Below are positions 9,729 through 18,913 of a DNA stretch of 64,000 nucleotides, piece by piece. Made by a program: the position numbers and the translations under genes. The stretch comes from Candidatus Saccharimonadota bacterium (GTDB lineage Bacteria > Patescibacteriota > Saccharimonadia > Saccharimonadales > Saccharimonadaceae), in assembly GCA_017406565.1 (NCBI GenBank), contig JAFQYG010000003.1, positions 65,431 to 129,430 of the forward strand. The letters run 5' to 3'. Within the stretch, counting starts at the first letter, position 1, and each line of letters opens with the position of its first letter. A model generated the notes under the pieces. The model was not told where the DNA came from and did no database searches. It was given only the letters and a program-made list of their open reading frames with translations.

Positions 9729-10415
9729 ATGGCAGTAGATGTCGATATGAAAGCATTGCTGGAAGCAGGTGCTCATTTTGGGCACAAAACCAGTCGATGG
9801 CACCCTAAGATGGCGCCATACATCCATAGTAAGCGTCAAGGCGCACACATTATTAACCTTGAAAAGACTGTCGAAAGTCTAGAAAAAGCTTTACCAAAAG
9901 CTACCGAGATAGTCAAAAACGGCAAGAAAATTCTTTTCGTTGGCACTAAAAAACAAATGAAAGATATCGTTAAAGCAGCTGCTGAGTCAGTTGATATGCC
10001 TTACGTTACCGTGCGTTGGGTTGGTGGCACTTTAACCAATGTCGAAACCGTTAATCGTCAAATCAAAAAACTTAAAGATTTGGAGCGTCGCATGGCTTCA
10101 GGTGAATTAGAAAATCGCTACTCTAAGCTTGAAGTTCAAAGATTCCAAGAAGAGATTGATTTACTCAACGAACGCTATGGCGGCATTAAAGAGATGACCG
10201 ACCAACCATCTGCAATTATTGTCGTAGATGCTATTGAAGACAAGAACGCTATCAAAGAAGCAAACGTACTGCATATTCCAGTATTTGCAATTACTGATTC
10301 CAATGTTGATCCTTCAGACATCGATTACGTAATTCCAATGAACGACGATTCTATCAAAGCCACTAAATTGGTGCTCGATTATTTCGTTGAAGCAATCAAA
10401 GAAGGTAAAAAATAA
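9729..10415 (+). CDS. rpsB: 30S ribosomal protein S2
   Basis: LLEAGAHFGH, WHPKM, RWVGGTLTN motifs. Confidence 0.98.
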   Translation: MAVDVDMKALLEAGAHFGHKTSRWHPKMAPYIHSKRQGAHIINLEKTVESLEKALPKATEIVKNGKKILFVGTKKQMKDIVKAAAESVDMPYVTVRWVGGTLTNVETVNRQIKKLKDLERRMASGELENRYSKLEVQRFQEEIDLLNERYGGIKEMTDQPSAIIVVDAIEDKNAIKEANVLHIPVFAITDSNVDPSDIDYVIPMNDDSIKATKLVLDYFVEAIKEGKK

Positions 10416-10427
10416 TTAGGAGGCAAA

Positions 10428-11021
10428 ATGGCAAAAGAAATTACAATTGAATCAATTAAAAAACTCAAAGAACTTTCTGGCGCAGGCTTGACTGATGCTA
10501 AAAAAGCTCTCGTAGAAGCTAAAGGTGATTTTGATAAAGCACTCGAAGCTATGCGTAAAAAAGGCTTAACTAAAGCTGAAAAACGTGGCGATCGCGAAAC
10601 TCGCGAAGGTTTAATCGAAGCCTACGTCCACGATGGTCGTCTTGGCGCCATCGTTGAAGTTAACTGTGAAACAAGTTTTGTCGCTAAAACTGAAGAATTT
10701 AAAACTTTAGCTCACCAAATCGCTATGCAAATTGCCTCTATGAACCCACTTTATGTCAGTGAAGAGGATATTCCAGCAGCCGATAAAGAAGCTAAGATCA
10801 AAGAACTCGAATCTAACTTCAAAGGCCCTGAGAATATGAAGGACAAAATCCTTGAAGGCCAAGTCAAAAAAGCCTTCTCGGATAAAGTTTTAATGAATCA
10901 ACCTTATATCTTGGATGATTCCAAGACTGTCGAACAATTCATTAAGGAAGCTATCGCCAAAACCGGCGAAAACATCACTATCCGCCAATTTAAGCGTATA
11001 GAGCTTGGTGTTACTGAATAA
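10428..11021 (+). CDS. tsf: Elongation factor Ts (short form)
   Basis: IKKLKELSGAGLTDAKKAL, EVNCETSFVAK motifs; follows rpsB. Confidence 0.97.
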   Translation: MAKEITIESIKKLKELSGAGLTDAKKALVEAKGDFDKALEAMRKKGLTKAEKRGDRETREGLIEAYVHDGRLGAIVEVNCETSFVAKTEEFKTLAHQIAMQIASMNPLYVSEEDIPAADKEAKIKELESNFKGPENMKDKILEGQVKKAFSDKVLMNQPYILDDSKTVEQFIKEAIAKTGENITIRQFKRIELGVTE

Positions 11022-11028
11022 AAATGCT

Positions 11029-11193
11029 CTGATTTGTTTCAACGAAACAAATCAGTAATAAACAAAAAATAAGTTGGAATTTACTTCCAACTTATTTTTC
11101 TTACTGGCCTTTTCTGCTGGACTCTTTTTCCTCCGGAAAAGAGTTCAAACTATAAAATTCGGGCACCCTCGCAGTAATATCGGTGCCCGAATT
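11029..11193. repeat. Cluster of four unrelated hairpins in a convergent intergenic region
   Basis: Stems at 11029-11055 (12 bp), 11065-11099 (15 bp, A/T tails), 11121-11144 (~10 bp), 11156-11193 (12 bp). Confidence 0.8.
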
Positions 11194-11227
11194 CTTCTGT
11201 GTAAAGTATAATGTTATCTATAAATGC

Positions 11228-12175
11228 TTAGCGTCGTTTCGATGATTTCTGGTTTCTTTTTACGATAAATATTGCTCCTCCAATTCCCGCTGTAAAGAAT
11301 ATCAACAATCCCGTAATTAAATAATCAGTCTTTGAGATATTCAAACCTCCAAACAATCCACCAGTGTCAGGTGCTCCCGCATCATCACCTCCACCTGTGT
11401 CAGGAACAACGGGTTCCTCACCACCAGCAGAATATTCATAGTTAATAATATATGATCTATATAATTCATCGCCATCAGCATTCAGTGCTATCAATTCAAT
11501 TACGTAATTTCCATCTGGTAGTCCATTTTCAGAAAATGGTAAAGTTACTTGATCTGTATCTTTGTTTACGGCTATCGGCGAAATTTCATCTATCAAATTA
11601 CCATTTTCATCATATACATTAATTATAATCGTCTCTACTCCATTTGGATCAACCCCATCTCCAGGTACAAAATCCAAATCTACCACCGGGTCATTTGTTT
11701 CCGCTGCTGGTTCTGCTGTACCTCTTACTGGTATATATTCAAATACTATAGTTTCTTCGTCATAAACTCCATCCGGCCCATACCCAGTCACAGTTATCTC
11801 ATAATCACCGTACCCATACTGAATCAAATTCAAATCAATCGGAAGGCCACCGGGTTGATAGTCGTAATAATCATCCCACAAGTTAATTTCCTGTACATTG
11901 CCGTCTTTATCTGTGTACTTCAATACTACTTTTAGTTCATCTACTACTTCATATGTTATATCAATGGTTTGCCCACCATCCGTTATTATGCTACCGGATT
12001 CTATTCCGGTCACCTCCACATTGGGGGCTCGTCCAACCACCCTCACTGTGACCGTATCGGTCACACTCCCTGCTGCTGAAGCTTCAGGTCCTGGCAAACA
12101 AGCAGCAAAAGCCGTCGTAGCTACCACTAAGGACAGCCCAAACAGCCCCAAGAGTTTCTTTTGCGTTCTTTTCAT
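11228..12175 (-). CDS. Secreted Ig-like protein with PDTG motifs and a C-terminal TM plus basic tail
   Basis: Signal peptide, acidic beta-rich body, VPDTGG/APDTGG, TM, then KRNQKSSKRR (sortase-substrate-like layout). Confidence 0.7.
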   Translation of the reverse strand: MKRTQKKLLGLFGLSLVVATTAFAACLPGPEASAAGSVTDTVTVRVVGRAPNVEVTGIESGSIITDGGQTIDITYEVVDELKVVLKYTDKDGNVQEINLWDDYYDYQPGGLPIDLNLIQYGYGDYEITVTGYGPDGVYDEETIVFEYIPVRGTAEPAAETNDPVVDLDFVPGDGVDPNGVETIIINVYDENGNLIDEISPIAVNKDTDQVTLPFSENGLPDGNYVIELIALNADGDELYRSYIINYEYSAGGEEPVVPDTGGGDDAGAPDTGGLFGGLNISKTDYLITGLLIFFTAGIGGAIFIVKRNQKSSKRR

Positions 12176-12253
12176 ACTCTACACTCTCTTTTATATTTTA
12201 TTTTTATTTTGGTATTGTAAGAGCAGTCTACTCGCAATAGACTTACCACCAAT

Positions 12254-13261
12254 CTATACAGCCATCTTAGATTGGCGTACCTTACGCCTCCTAATAAACA
12301 TTATAAGCATAACTACAATAAATGTCAATAGCAAAATTGAAATAATTATTAATGGGAGTGGATTAACAAAAACAATTTTTTCGATTGTTTGGGTTTCATC
12401 TGCTGCGGTTACCGTCCAGCTCACATGATAAATACCAAAACTTGGAGAATCTTCCCATTCGTCATAAACGGATAGTTCAGATTCAGGAATTACAGACACT
12501 CTTCCTCTGTCATCTGGCGTCTCGTAGTTGCTAAAACCGATAATCGAATCTACTTTTAGTTTACCAGCAGCATTAAAATCAATATTACCAACATTTTTGA
12601 CTTTAGCGGACGCATAAAAGTCGCTTTTTACGGTTCCATTCTGATCGAAGCTTTTATCTATTTTTAAATCATTTATTTCAGCCTTAGTAATCGCCTCTCC
12701 TTCAATTGACCGACCAAATAAAACCAACCCTGGGCTGGCTTCAGTTTTAATGCCATTAGACGCAATCGTACCAGTCAATGTATGCGCAAATATCACTGCA
12801 TATTGACCACCAGCAGGAATATTATCTGGAGTAACTATTCTATATTCAATTTCTAAAGAATCTTTTGCTTTTATGTTATAAGTTGGACGGTCTTTTGTCC
12901 AATTGCCACCAGCATCCTTGAAAGAGACCCATCTAGAAATCTGGGTGAAGTTATTTTCTTTCGAAAAACCAAGCTTGTAAGAGTCCTCTTCTTCTGAATA
13001 AATGTATGAATATGGTGCAGCATAAACTTCAATCTCCATATTCGAATCACCTTCGTTTTTAACTTCGAACTTATTATTGTAAGTTGAATTCGAAGAAAGC
13101 TGCAAGACATTGCTCACTGGCGAAAGACTAATACTAGTGCCACCAACCGCTCCAGCAGACTCTGGTTCTTCTTCGGCAAAAGATGGATTTTCTAAACAAA
13201 AAACCACGCCGAGCCCAACCATCAGCGCGAGAGTTATAATTCTGCATAATATCTTCTTCAC
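12254..13261 (-). CDS. Secreted protein with C-terminal TM, DUF916/WxL-interacting-protein-like
   Basis: Signal peptide, ISLSP...FEVKNEGD..., VKNVGNIDF, C-terminal TM + RRRK; family call is by resemblance only. Confidence 0.55.
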   Translation of the reverse strand: MKKILCRIITLALMVGLGVVFCLENPSFAEEEPESAGAVGGTSISLSPVSNVLQLSSNSTYNNKFEVKNEGDSNMEIEVYAAPYSYIYSEEEDSYKLGFSKENNFTQISRWVSFKDAGGNWTKDRPTYNIKAKDSLEIEYRIVTPDNIPAGGQYAVIFAHTLTGTIASNGIKTEASPGLVLFGRSIEGEAITKAEINDLKIDKSFDQNGTVKSDFYASAKVKNVGNIDFNAAGKLKVDSIIGFSNYETPDDRGRVSVIPESELSVYDEWEDSPSFGIYHVSWTVTAADETQTIEKIVFVNPLPLIIISILLLTFIVVMLIMFIRRRKVRQSKMAV

Positions 13262-13279
13262 TTTACCTCCTTTTAAAAC

Positions 13280-13370
13280 TGGTGCGCGCGACTAGACTCG
13301 AACTAGCACAGCCGTGAATCTGGCCACTACCACCTCAAGGTAGCGTGTCTACCAATTCCACCACGCGCGC
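13280..13370 (-). tRNA. tRNA-Leu (GAG)
   Basis: Acceptor GCGCGCG/CGCGCGC-A-CCA, D-loop GGAATTGGTAGAC, anticodon arm CTACC-TTGAGGT-GGTAG, long variable arm, GTTCGAGTC. Confidence 0.95.
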
Positions 13371-13401
13371 ATGTATATATTATATCACAGTATATACTAA
13401 A

Positions 13402-15144
13402 TTATGGAGTTTTATTTTTGGTCGCTTTAGTTACTGCCCAAGAGTTGATATCAGAGAAGCGATCCAATGCGGTCACCAAACGTACATCGTTACTGAACGT
13501 TCTTACATTCTTATTATAGTAATATGTTAGATTTGGTTGATACAAACCGATTGCCGGAACATCATTAACCCAATATTCTAGGAATGATTCATATTTTTTA
13601 ATACGGAGTTCTTCGTTAAGAGTGTCTCTAGCGCCCAATAGCAAATCATCAACCAACACACTACGATAATTTGATAGATTTAACCCAGAAGTGGATGCTT
13701 GTGAAGAATGATAATATGGCAATAAGTCAGGATCGGCACCAAGTTCAATTTCATAGACCAAGATATCGTAATTGCGTTTTGAAATCACATTATTAACAAA
13801 ATCTTGGTTTTCTTCATAGGATGATACGTTCGCTTCAAATCCCAAATCTTGCAATTCGGTTTTTATTTCTTCTGCAACATTTGGTAAATATCCAGAATTA
13901 ACTGTTGCTATTTCAACTCGCAAAGGTTGTTCTCCTTTTAATTCATCAATTTTTATTCTTGAAGCTACAATATCTTGTGATGGAATTGCTGGGTAATTGT
14001 TCAATTTAATTTGGGCTTCGAGTAATGGATAATTAAGTGCCGTAGTTGCTGGCGCTGCTTCACGGATTTTATCAATATTAAGCCCCTGGCGGATTGCGGC
14101 ACGCATTTCTTTATTTTTGATTACATCTTTTGAAGTATTAAAGAAAATAAATGCTCCAGAATTTAAACTAGAATTCTTTTGAATAAAACTAGCGGCATTA
14201 ACCTTATCGACGTCGATGCCAGATAATTCTGCTGTAGCGGTTGTAGAGCCCGCGTTGAGTGAAGCAATTATATCGTCTTTTGTACTATATGTATGGACAG
14301 CAAAGCTACTAAGCATAGCCTGTCCTTTATAATAATCAGGATTTGCTGACAAATAGAATACTTTTTCTTCGCTGTTTGCACCAGCGGTTGATTGCGTAGC
14401 GTTGTAATTAAATACGCCAGAAGTAATTGGCGTAGTAGAAAAATTGTTTTCTATTAGCGTTTGTGGATCTACTTCGCCAAGTATATGTTTAGGGACAATC
14501 GGAAAATTTAGCGCGGTAATAAAATCTGAGTACGCGGCAGGCAAACTAAATACGATGTCACCGTTTTCATTTTTTTCAACCTTCACCTTAGCTAAATTTG
14601 AACCATAAACTGAACCGACTGCCGGGTTTTTGATCAACTCCGTCGTAAAAATCACGTCATCAACCGTAATTGGTTCCCCATCTGACCATTTTAATCCGTC
14701 ACGCAGTTTAACTGTCCACACTTTGCCGTCTTCATTAGGCATAATAGATTGAGCTAAGCCAATACCAGGATGGCCAGAGTAATCAATTACGGAAAGAGTA
14801 GCAAACATTAATCGACTCAGTGTCTTTTCGCTACTAGTAGTTGCAAATAATGGGTTAAGTGATTTTACATCTCCAAGTGTAGCTTCTGTGTAAGTGCCAC
14901 CATCCACAAAAACATTTTCAGCATAAGAATTACCAAACCAAAAAGCTTGAGTGAGCGCTAACATCATCAGTGCAAAAACTAATAAACCCCATTCCAGTAT
15001 CAATAATCTAATGTCCGCAATATGCGGCATGCGATCGATTAGGTTTTCTCTAATGTGCTCTTTTCCCTCTTCGCTCGCACGAATTGACGCTCGCGAGAAA
15101 CGTCTGATCAGTTTTTGCCCACGCTTTCTAGTAGTATTTTTCAT
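13402..15144 (-). CDS. ABC transporter substrate-binding protein, family 5 (OppA/DppA-like), N-terminal TM
   Basis: SLNPLFA, KLRDGLKWSDGEPITVDDVIFT motifs. Confidence 0.88.
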   Translation of the reverse strand: MKNTTRKRGQKLIRRFSRASIRASEEGKEHIRENLIDRMPHIADIRLLILEWGLLVFALMMLALTQAFWFGNSYAENVFVDGGTYTEATLGDVKSLNPLFATTSSEKTLSRLMFATLSVIDYSGHPGIGLAQSIMPNEDGKVWTVKLRDGLKWSDGEPITVDDVIFTTELIKNPAVGSVYGSNLAKVKVEKNENGDIVFSLPAAYSDFITALNFPIVPKHILGEVDPQTLIENNFSTTPITSGVFNYNATQSTAGANSEEKVFYLSANPDYYKGQAMLSSFAVHTYSTKDDIIASLNAGSTTATAELSGIDVDKVNAASFIQKNSSLNSGAFIFFNTSKDVIKNKEMRAAIRQGLNIDKIREAAPATTALNYPLLEAQIKLNNYPAIPSQDIVASRIKIDELKGEQPLRVEIATVNSGYLPNVAEEIKTELQDLGFEANVSSYEENQDFVNNVISKRNYDILVYEIELGADPDLLPYYHSSQASTSGLNLSNYRSVLVDDLLLGARDTLNEELRIKKYESFLEYWVNDVPAIGLYQPNLTYYYNKNVRTFSNDVRLVTALDRFSDINSWAVTKATKNKTP

Positions 15145-15148
15145 AATA

Positions 15149-15373
15149 TTATGGTATTAATAATAACCCCAAAATTGATAAAACAAAAATGACAGCAAAT
15201 ACAATCGTAGTAATAAATAATGACTTTTCCAAACCACGACGGGTAGTATATAATTCTCCTGAGCTCCCAAACCCTGCACCAAGTGATGCGCCGCGTTGTT
15301 GCAACAAAATCAAAATAATTGTTAGAATTGCTGAAATAAAGGTTACCATTTCTAGAAAACTTCCGATTTGCAT
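15149..15373 (-). CDS. secG: Preprotein translocase subunit SecG
   Basis: ILLQQRGASLGAGFG...TRRGLEKSL; start moved to MQIGS after SD AGGAG. Confidence 0.9.
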   Translation of the reverse strand: MQIGSFLEMVTFISAILTIILILLQQRGASLGAGFGSSGELYTTRRGLEKSLFITTIVFAVIFVLSILGLLLIP

Positions 15374-15491
15374 ATAATAACTCCTAGTACATAATATTAT
15401 AGCGGATAATTGTCTAAAAGTAAAGTCTATCACACTGCATATTGCAAGAGCTTTTTCTTGTCTTTTAAAACATAAGTGGTATAATTAACCT

Positions 15492-16025
15492 ATGGATAAT
15501 AATAATTTTGAACAACAATTCTCACAAAATGTTAAATCAACTATGCCAGCGCCAGCACCAGTTGCCGTGGGTGGAGACTCGTCTAAACTTCCACTAATTG
15601 TTGCTGCAATCCTAGGCGTAATCACATTAGTGGAGTCAATTATATTAATTGTAACTTTGATTAATTTTTTCCAAGCAGTAAATCCTGAAGAAGAGGTAAT
15701 TACGTCAGAAGATACTTATCTCGATATTGGAGAGGATGGGTTATCAGGATATGACGATGAGGGCAATCTCATTTGGCTCAATCTTACTTGCACCAATAAG
15801 GAAAGCGGAGATAAATATGTTCTCACTGAGTCTAAGAATTTCCAATTTAGCGGTTCTTCTCAAACGGATAGTGGGACCTATACCATCACTAATGATAGCT
15901 TAATTTCTCTTTCAGGTGCAAACGGCAACAAAGTCATATTCTACGATGGTTATTCTCTTGCCGACCAACTCACACTATATGATTGCGACTTCGATGTAGA
16001 GCAACCTGCCGAATCAGAAGAATGA
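15492..16025 (+). CDS. Hypothetical single-pass membrane protein
   Basis: 177-aa ORF, one TM, acidic domain with a Cys pair; TATAAT 6 nt before ATG. Confidence 0.75.
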   Translation: MDNNNFEQQFSQNVKSTMPAPAPVAVGGDSSKLPLIVAAILGVITLVESIILIVTLINFFQAVNPEEEVITSEDTYLDIGEDGLSGYDDEGNLIWLNLTCTNKESGDKYVLTESKNFQFSGSSQTDSGTYTITNDSLISLSGANGNKVIFYDGYSLADQLTLYDCDFDVEQPAESEE

Positions 16026-16028
16026 TTA

Positions 16029-17285
16029 TTATTTAAACATCCTTTTCCGTTTTAATAGTGAATGATATGTAATCGCAAAACGGTGCGCTTCTTCGTCAAT
16101 GCGAGCGATTAAGCGCGCCACATGGGAATTATTGGATAATTCTATGCTTTTTAAATCTGGAGTAATTAGTTTTGTTTTTGCGTTTCTCGAATGATCACCA
16201 GATTTATTGCGGCCGATTACGGGTATATTATATGGCTCCACTAGCGGTAAAATAGCTTTGACTTGCGTATTTCCTCCATCCAAAATGATTAAATTTGGAA
16301 AATCCCATTCTTGATGTTTCAATCTACGCGACAATACTTCTTGCATACTCTTTAAATCGTCATTTGTAGAAGTGCGTATTTTAAATTTACGATACTCGCT
16401 ACGTGCAGAGGCTCCGTTTAAAAATACTACCATACTGCCGACTGTATTTTTGCCAGCCTGGTGAGATATATCATACCCCTCAATGCGACGTGGCGGTTCA
16501 TCCAATCCAAGCATTTCTTGTAATTGCTTTAAAGCTTGGTCGGAAGATATATCAAGAAATTCTTTATCAGAAAATAAAATTTTTTTCTTCAACTCACGAA
16601 GACCAGCTAGTTGGTCTCTTGCCTCAGCGGCCAACTCGTAATTCCCTTTATCCGATTCGGCACGCATAGTTTTTTCTAAATCCTTTAACAGTTTTTCGCG
16701 GTCGCCCTCTAGATATCTAATTAGTTTTCGGAGGTTTCTCTTATAATCTTTAGGTGTGCTTTTTTCTATCTCGATACCAGGAGTTAACCCAAGATCTGTG
16801 TCTAAAGTTTTATGCCCAGTATAAGGCTTAGTATAATAAGGAAAAATCCGCCTAAGACTTCGAACGGCTTTTTCAATTGCTGATTTTCCGTAAAATGGAC
16901 CAATATAAGTTGCTTTATCATCTACAGGATTTCTGGTGAAGCTGATATATGGCACGTCCTCATTCATTGTGATTCTAACGTATGAAACTGTTTTATCATC
17001 ACGTAGTAAAATATTCCATTTTGGCATATATCTTTTAATCATTTCTGATTCTAAAAACAGCGCATCTATTTCTGTATCTACTACAATCCAATCAGTGTCC
17101 GCAATTTCGCGTACTAGTGCCTCAGTCTTGACATCTTTTTGATTTTTTTGAAAATACTGTCGCACGCGATTTTTGAGCACTGCAGCCTTGCCTACATATA
17201 TTATTTCACCAGCTGAATTTTTATGAAAATATACTCCCGGTGCACTTGGGAGTTTTTTTAGTTTTTGTTTCAAACTATCATTCAT
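16029..17285 (-). CDS. uvrC: Excinuclease ABC subunit C (short, no C-terminal HhH)
   Basis: GIY-YIG (PGVY...IIYVGKA..LKNRVRQYF), RIEGYDISH, LIILDGG, DEEAHRFAITYH motifs. Confidence 0.93.
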   Translation of the reverse strand: MNDSLKQKLKKLPSAPGVYFHKNSAGEIIYVGKAAVLKNRVRQYFQKNQKDVKTEALVREIADTDWIVVDTEIDALFLESEMIKRYMPKWNILLRDDKTVSYVRITMNEDVPYISFTRNPVDDKATYIGPFYGKSAIEKAVRSLRRIFPYYTKPYTGHKTLDTDLGLTPGIEIEKSTPKDYKRNLRKLIRYLEGDREKLLKDLEKTMRAESDKGNYELAAEARDQLAGLRELKKKILFSDKEFLDISSDQALKQLQEMLGLDEPPRRIEGYDISHQAGKNTVGSMVVFLNGASARSEYRKFKIRTSTNDDLKSMQEVLSRRLKHQEWDFPNLIILDGGNTQVKAILPLVEPYNIPVIGRNKSGDHSRNAKTKLITPDLKSIELSNNSHVARLIARIDEEAHRFAITYHSLLKRKRMFK

Positions 17286-17291
17286 ATTATA

Positions 17292-17320
17292 ATTATATCA
17301 CACTTATGGCAAAATGTCAA
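17292..17320 (-). promoter_or_regulatory. Consensus sigma70 promoter of leaderless uvrC
   Basis: TTGACA (17315-17320), 17 nt, TATAAT (17292-17297), 6 nt, ATG. Confidence 0.8.
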
Positions 17321-17326
17321 TTACAA

Positions 17327-17356
17327 CAAAAAGGTGACCCGTAGGCCACCTTTTTG
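17327..17356. terminator. Bidirectional-type terminator
   Basis: CAAAAAGGTGACC-CGTA-GGCCACCTTTTTG. Confidence 0.75.
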
Positions 17357-17376
17357 AACAATGCAACTATTTTTTG

Positions 17377-18855
17377 CTAAAAATCAGTTGTATTATCACC
17401 TGACGACAACATTAATTGCTGCAGTAAGGTCATCACATCCTGGTAATCAGTTGGTTCTGCTATATTGATGGTGCTTGGGTAAGTAAACCCGAGATCGACT
17501 TTTACATTTGCGATGTCTTTTTCGGTCTGTTCGCTCATATCGCAAGCGTCACATGCGGCGTCATCAGGACAATCGCAGTCATCGGATGTCATTTGTTTCG
17601 CAGTAGTTTCAAAGTATAATCTGCTGAAGTTATCGTCTTTATCTATTTCGACATAAATATTTGGCAATTTATTAAGTTCACCCGCTGGATCTTCGCTGAC
17701 TTCGACATTATCTTCGCCTAAGCAAGAAATTGCTTTCTTCACCATTGTAGAATCTTTGACGGCTTTGCTGTAATTTGTGAATTTTTCACGGTCAAAAATC
17801 ACTCTATAAACCGTGCTATTTTTGCTGGCAACCTTCACATCTTCAGTTGTTGAAGTAATGAAAGGATTATTACGATACATTTCCGAAATCGTATTGCTAT
17901 TATTCTTTGCTTCGTTTGCCAAATCTGTTAAACAAGTTAAAGCATTGTTAGAATCCTGAGTATCAGTCATGGACTTTAATTGGTCAAGCGATATTTTTAG
18001 CCATTTGCCATCAATCAGCTCAAGTATACCAGAAAAACCGGCAAACATATCCAAACCCGTCTCAGGCTCTTCAACTATGTCCACCATAGTATCATCGTCA
18101 CATGGGACGATATTTCCATCCGAATCCTCACAATCAGATAACACCGGTGCTTCACAGTTAGTTAAGCCACTCTCGTCGTCTATACAGTTTGTTGCCATAG
18201 TATTCTGCATCATTGTGGTGATTTTCTCAATTCCCTCAACTAATCCATCTGCTTTGAGGTATAGGTCGCCACTTTCCGAGTATATTTCCTCAACTTCTAC
18301 TTGAATGTCACCCGCCTCCTTTATAGAAGCTGTCACATTAGCAGTAGTGTGGTTAGTCATTGAATTAGAAGTGGCATCAGCCTTCAGATCAATTTTTAAC
18401 CCCGTCAATATAGAAGAACTGTCGATTGGCGTAATGTCAATCGTACCATCAAGCGCAACATTGGCCGGAGCCTTACCTTCCATTAATTTCATCACTGCTT
18501 TAGATACGGCATCACCTTGGTTCATCAACATGATTGCTACCGCTACGCCACAGCCTATCGCTACCAACAGAGCAACTACTACGCCAATAATTAAACCTGT
18601 CTTTTTCTTTTTGGGAGGTTGCACTGGTTCTTGCGCTGGGGCTTGTTCCATTGGCCTCGACATAGGATCGTTACTTGGTTGATCTGTGATGCCAGCAGTA
18701 GCTTGCATCAATGGATCTACTTGCTCAGGCTGTGCAGCATCTGCGCTTTCAACCGGACCAGATGCATTAGCATCGAATGTAGAACCATTAGAATCCGGAT
18801 TGTCTCCTGGATTTGGGTTGAGGGGATTTGGTGTTTCCCCAGGGTTTTCATTCAT
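17377..18855 (-). CDS. Hypothetical membrane-anchored protein (Pro/acidic N-terminus, TM, large extracytoplasmic domain with Cys-rich loops)
   Basis: 492-aa ORF; KKKKTG + TM; CDCPDDAACDAC motif. Confidence 0.8.
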   Translation of the reverse strand: MNENPGETPNPLNPNPGDNPDSNGSTFDANASGPVESADAAQPEQVDPLMQATAGITDQPSNDPMSRPMEQAPAQEPVQPPKKKKTGLIIGVVVALLVAIGCGVAVAIMLMNQGDAVSKAVMKLMEGKAPANVALDGTIDITPIDSSSILTGLKIDLKADATSNSMTNHTTANVTASIKEAGDIQVEVEEIYSESGDLYLKADGLVEGIEKITTMMQNTMATNCIDDESGLTNCEAPVLSDCEDSDGNIVPCDDDTMVDIVEEPETGLDMFAGFSGILELIDGKWLKISLDQLKSMTDTQDSNNALTCLTDLANEAKNNSNTISEMYRNNPFITSTTEDVKVASKNSTVYRVIFDREKFTNYSKAVKDSTMVKKAISCLGEDNVEVSEDPAGELNKLPNIYVEIDKDDNFSRLYFETTAKQMTSDDCDCPDDAACDACDMSEQTEKDIANVKVDLGFTYPSTINIAEPTDYQDVMTLLQQLMLSSGDNTTDF

Positions 18856-18913
18856 AAAAAACTCCTTATTTTAATAATACTTATGTTTATTATAACATGA
18901 TATAATAATAATT

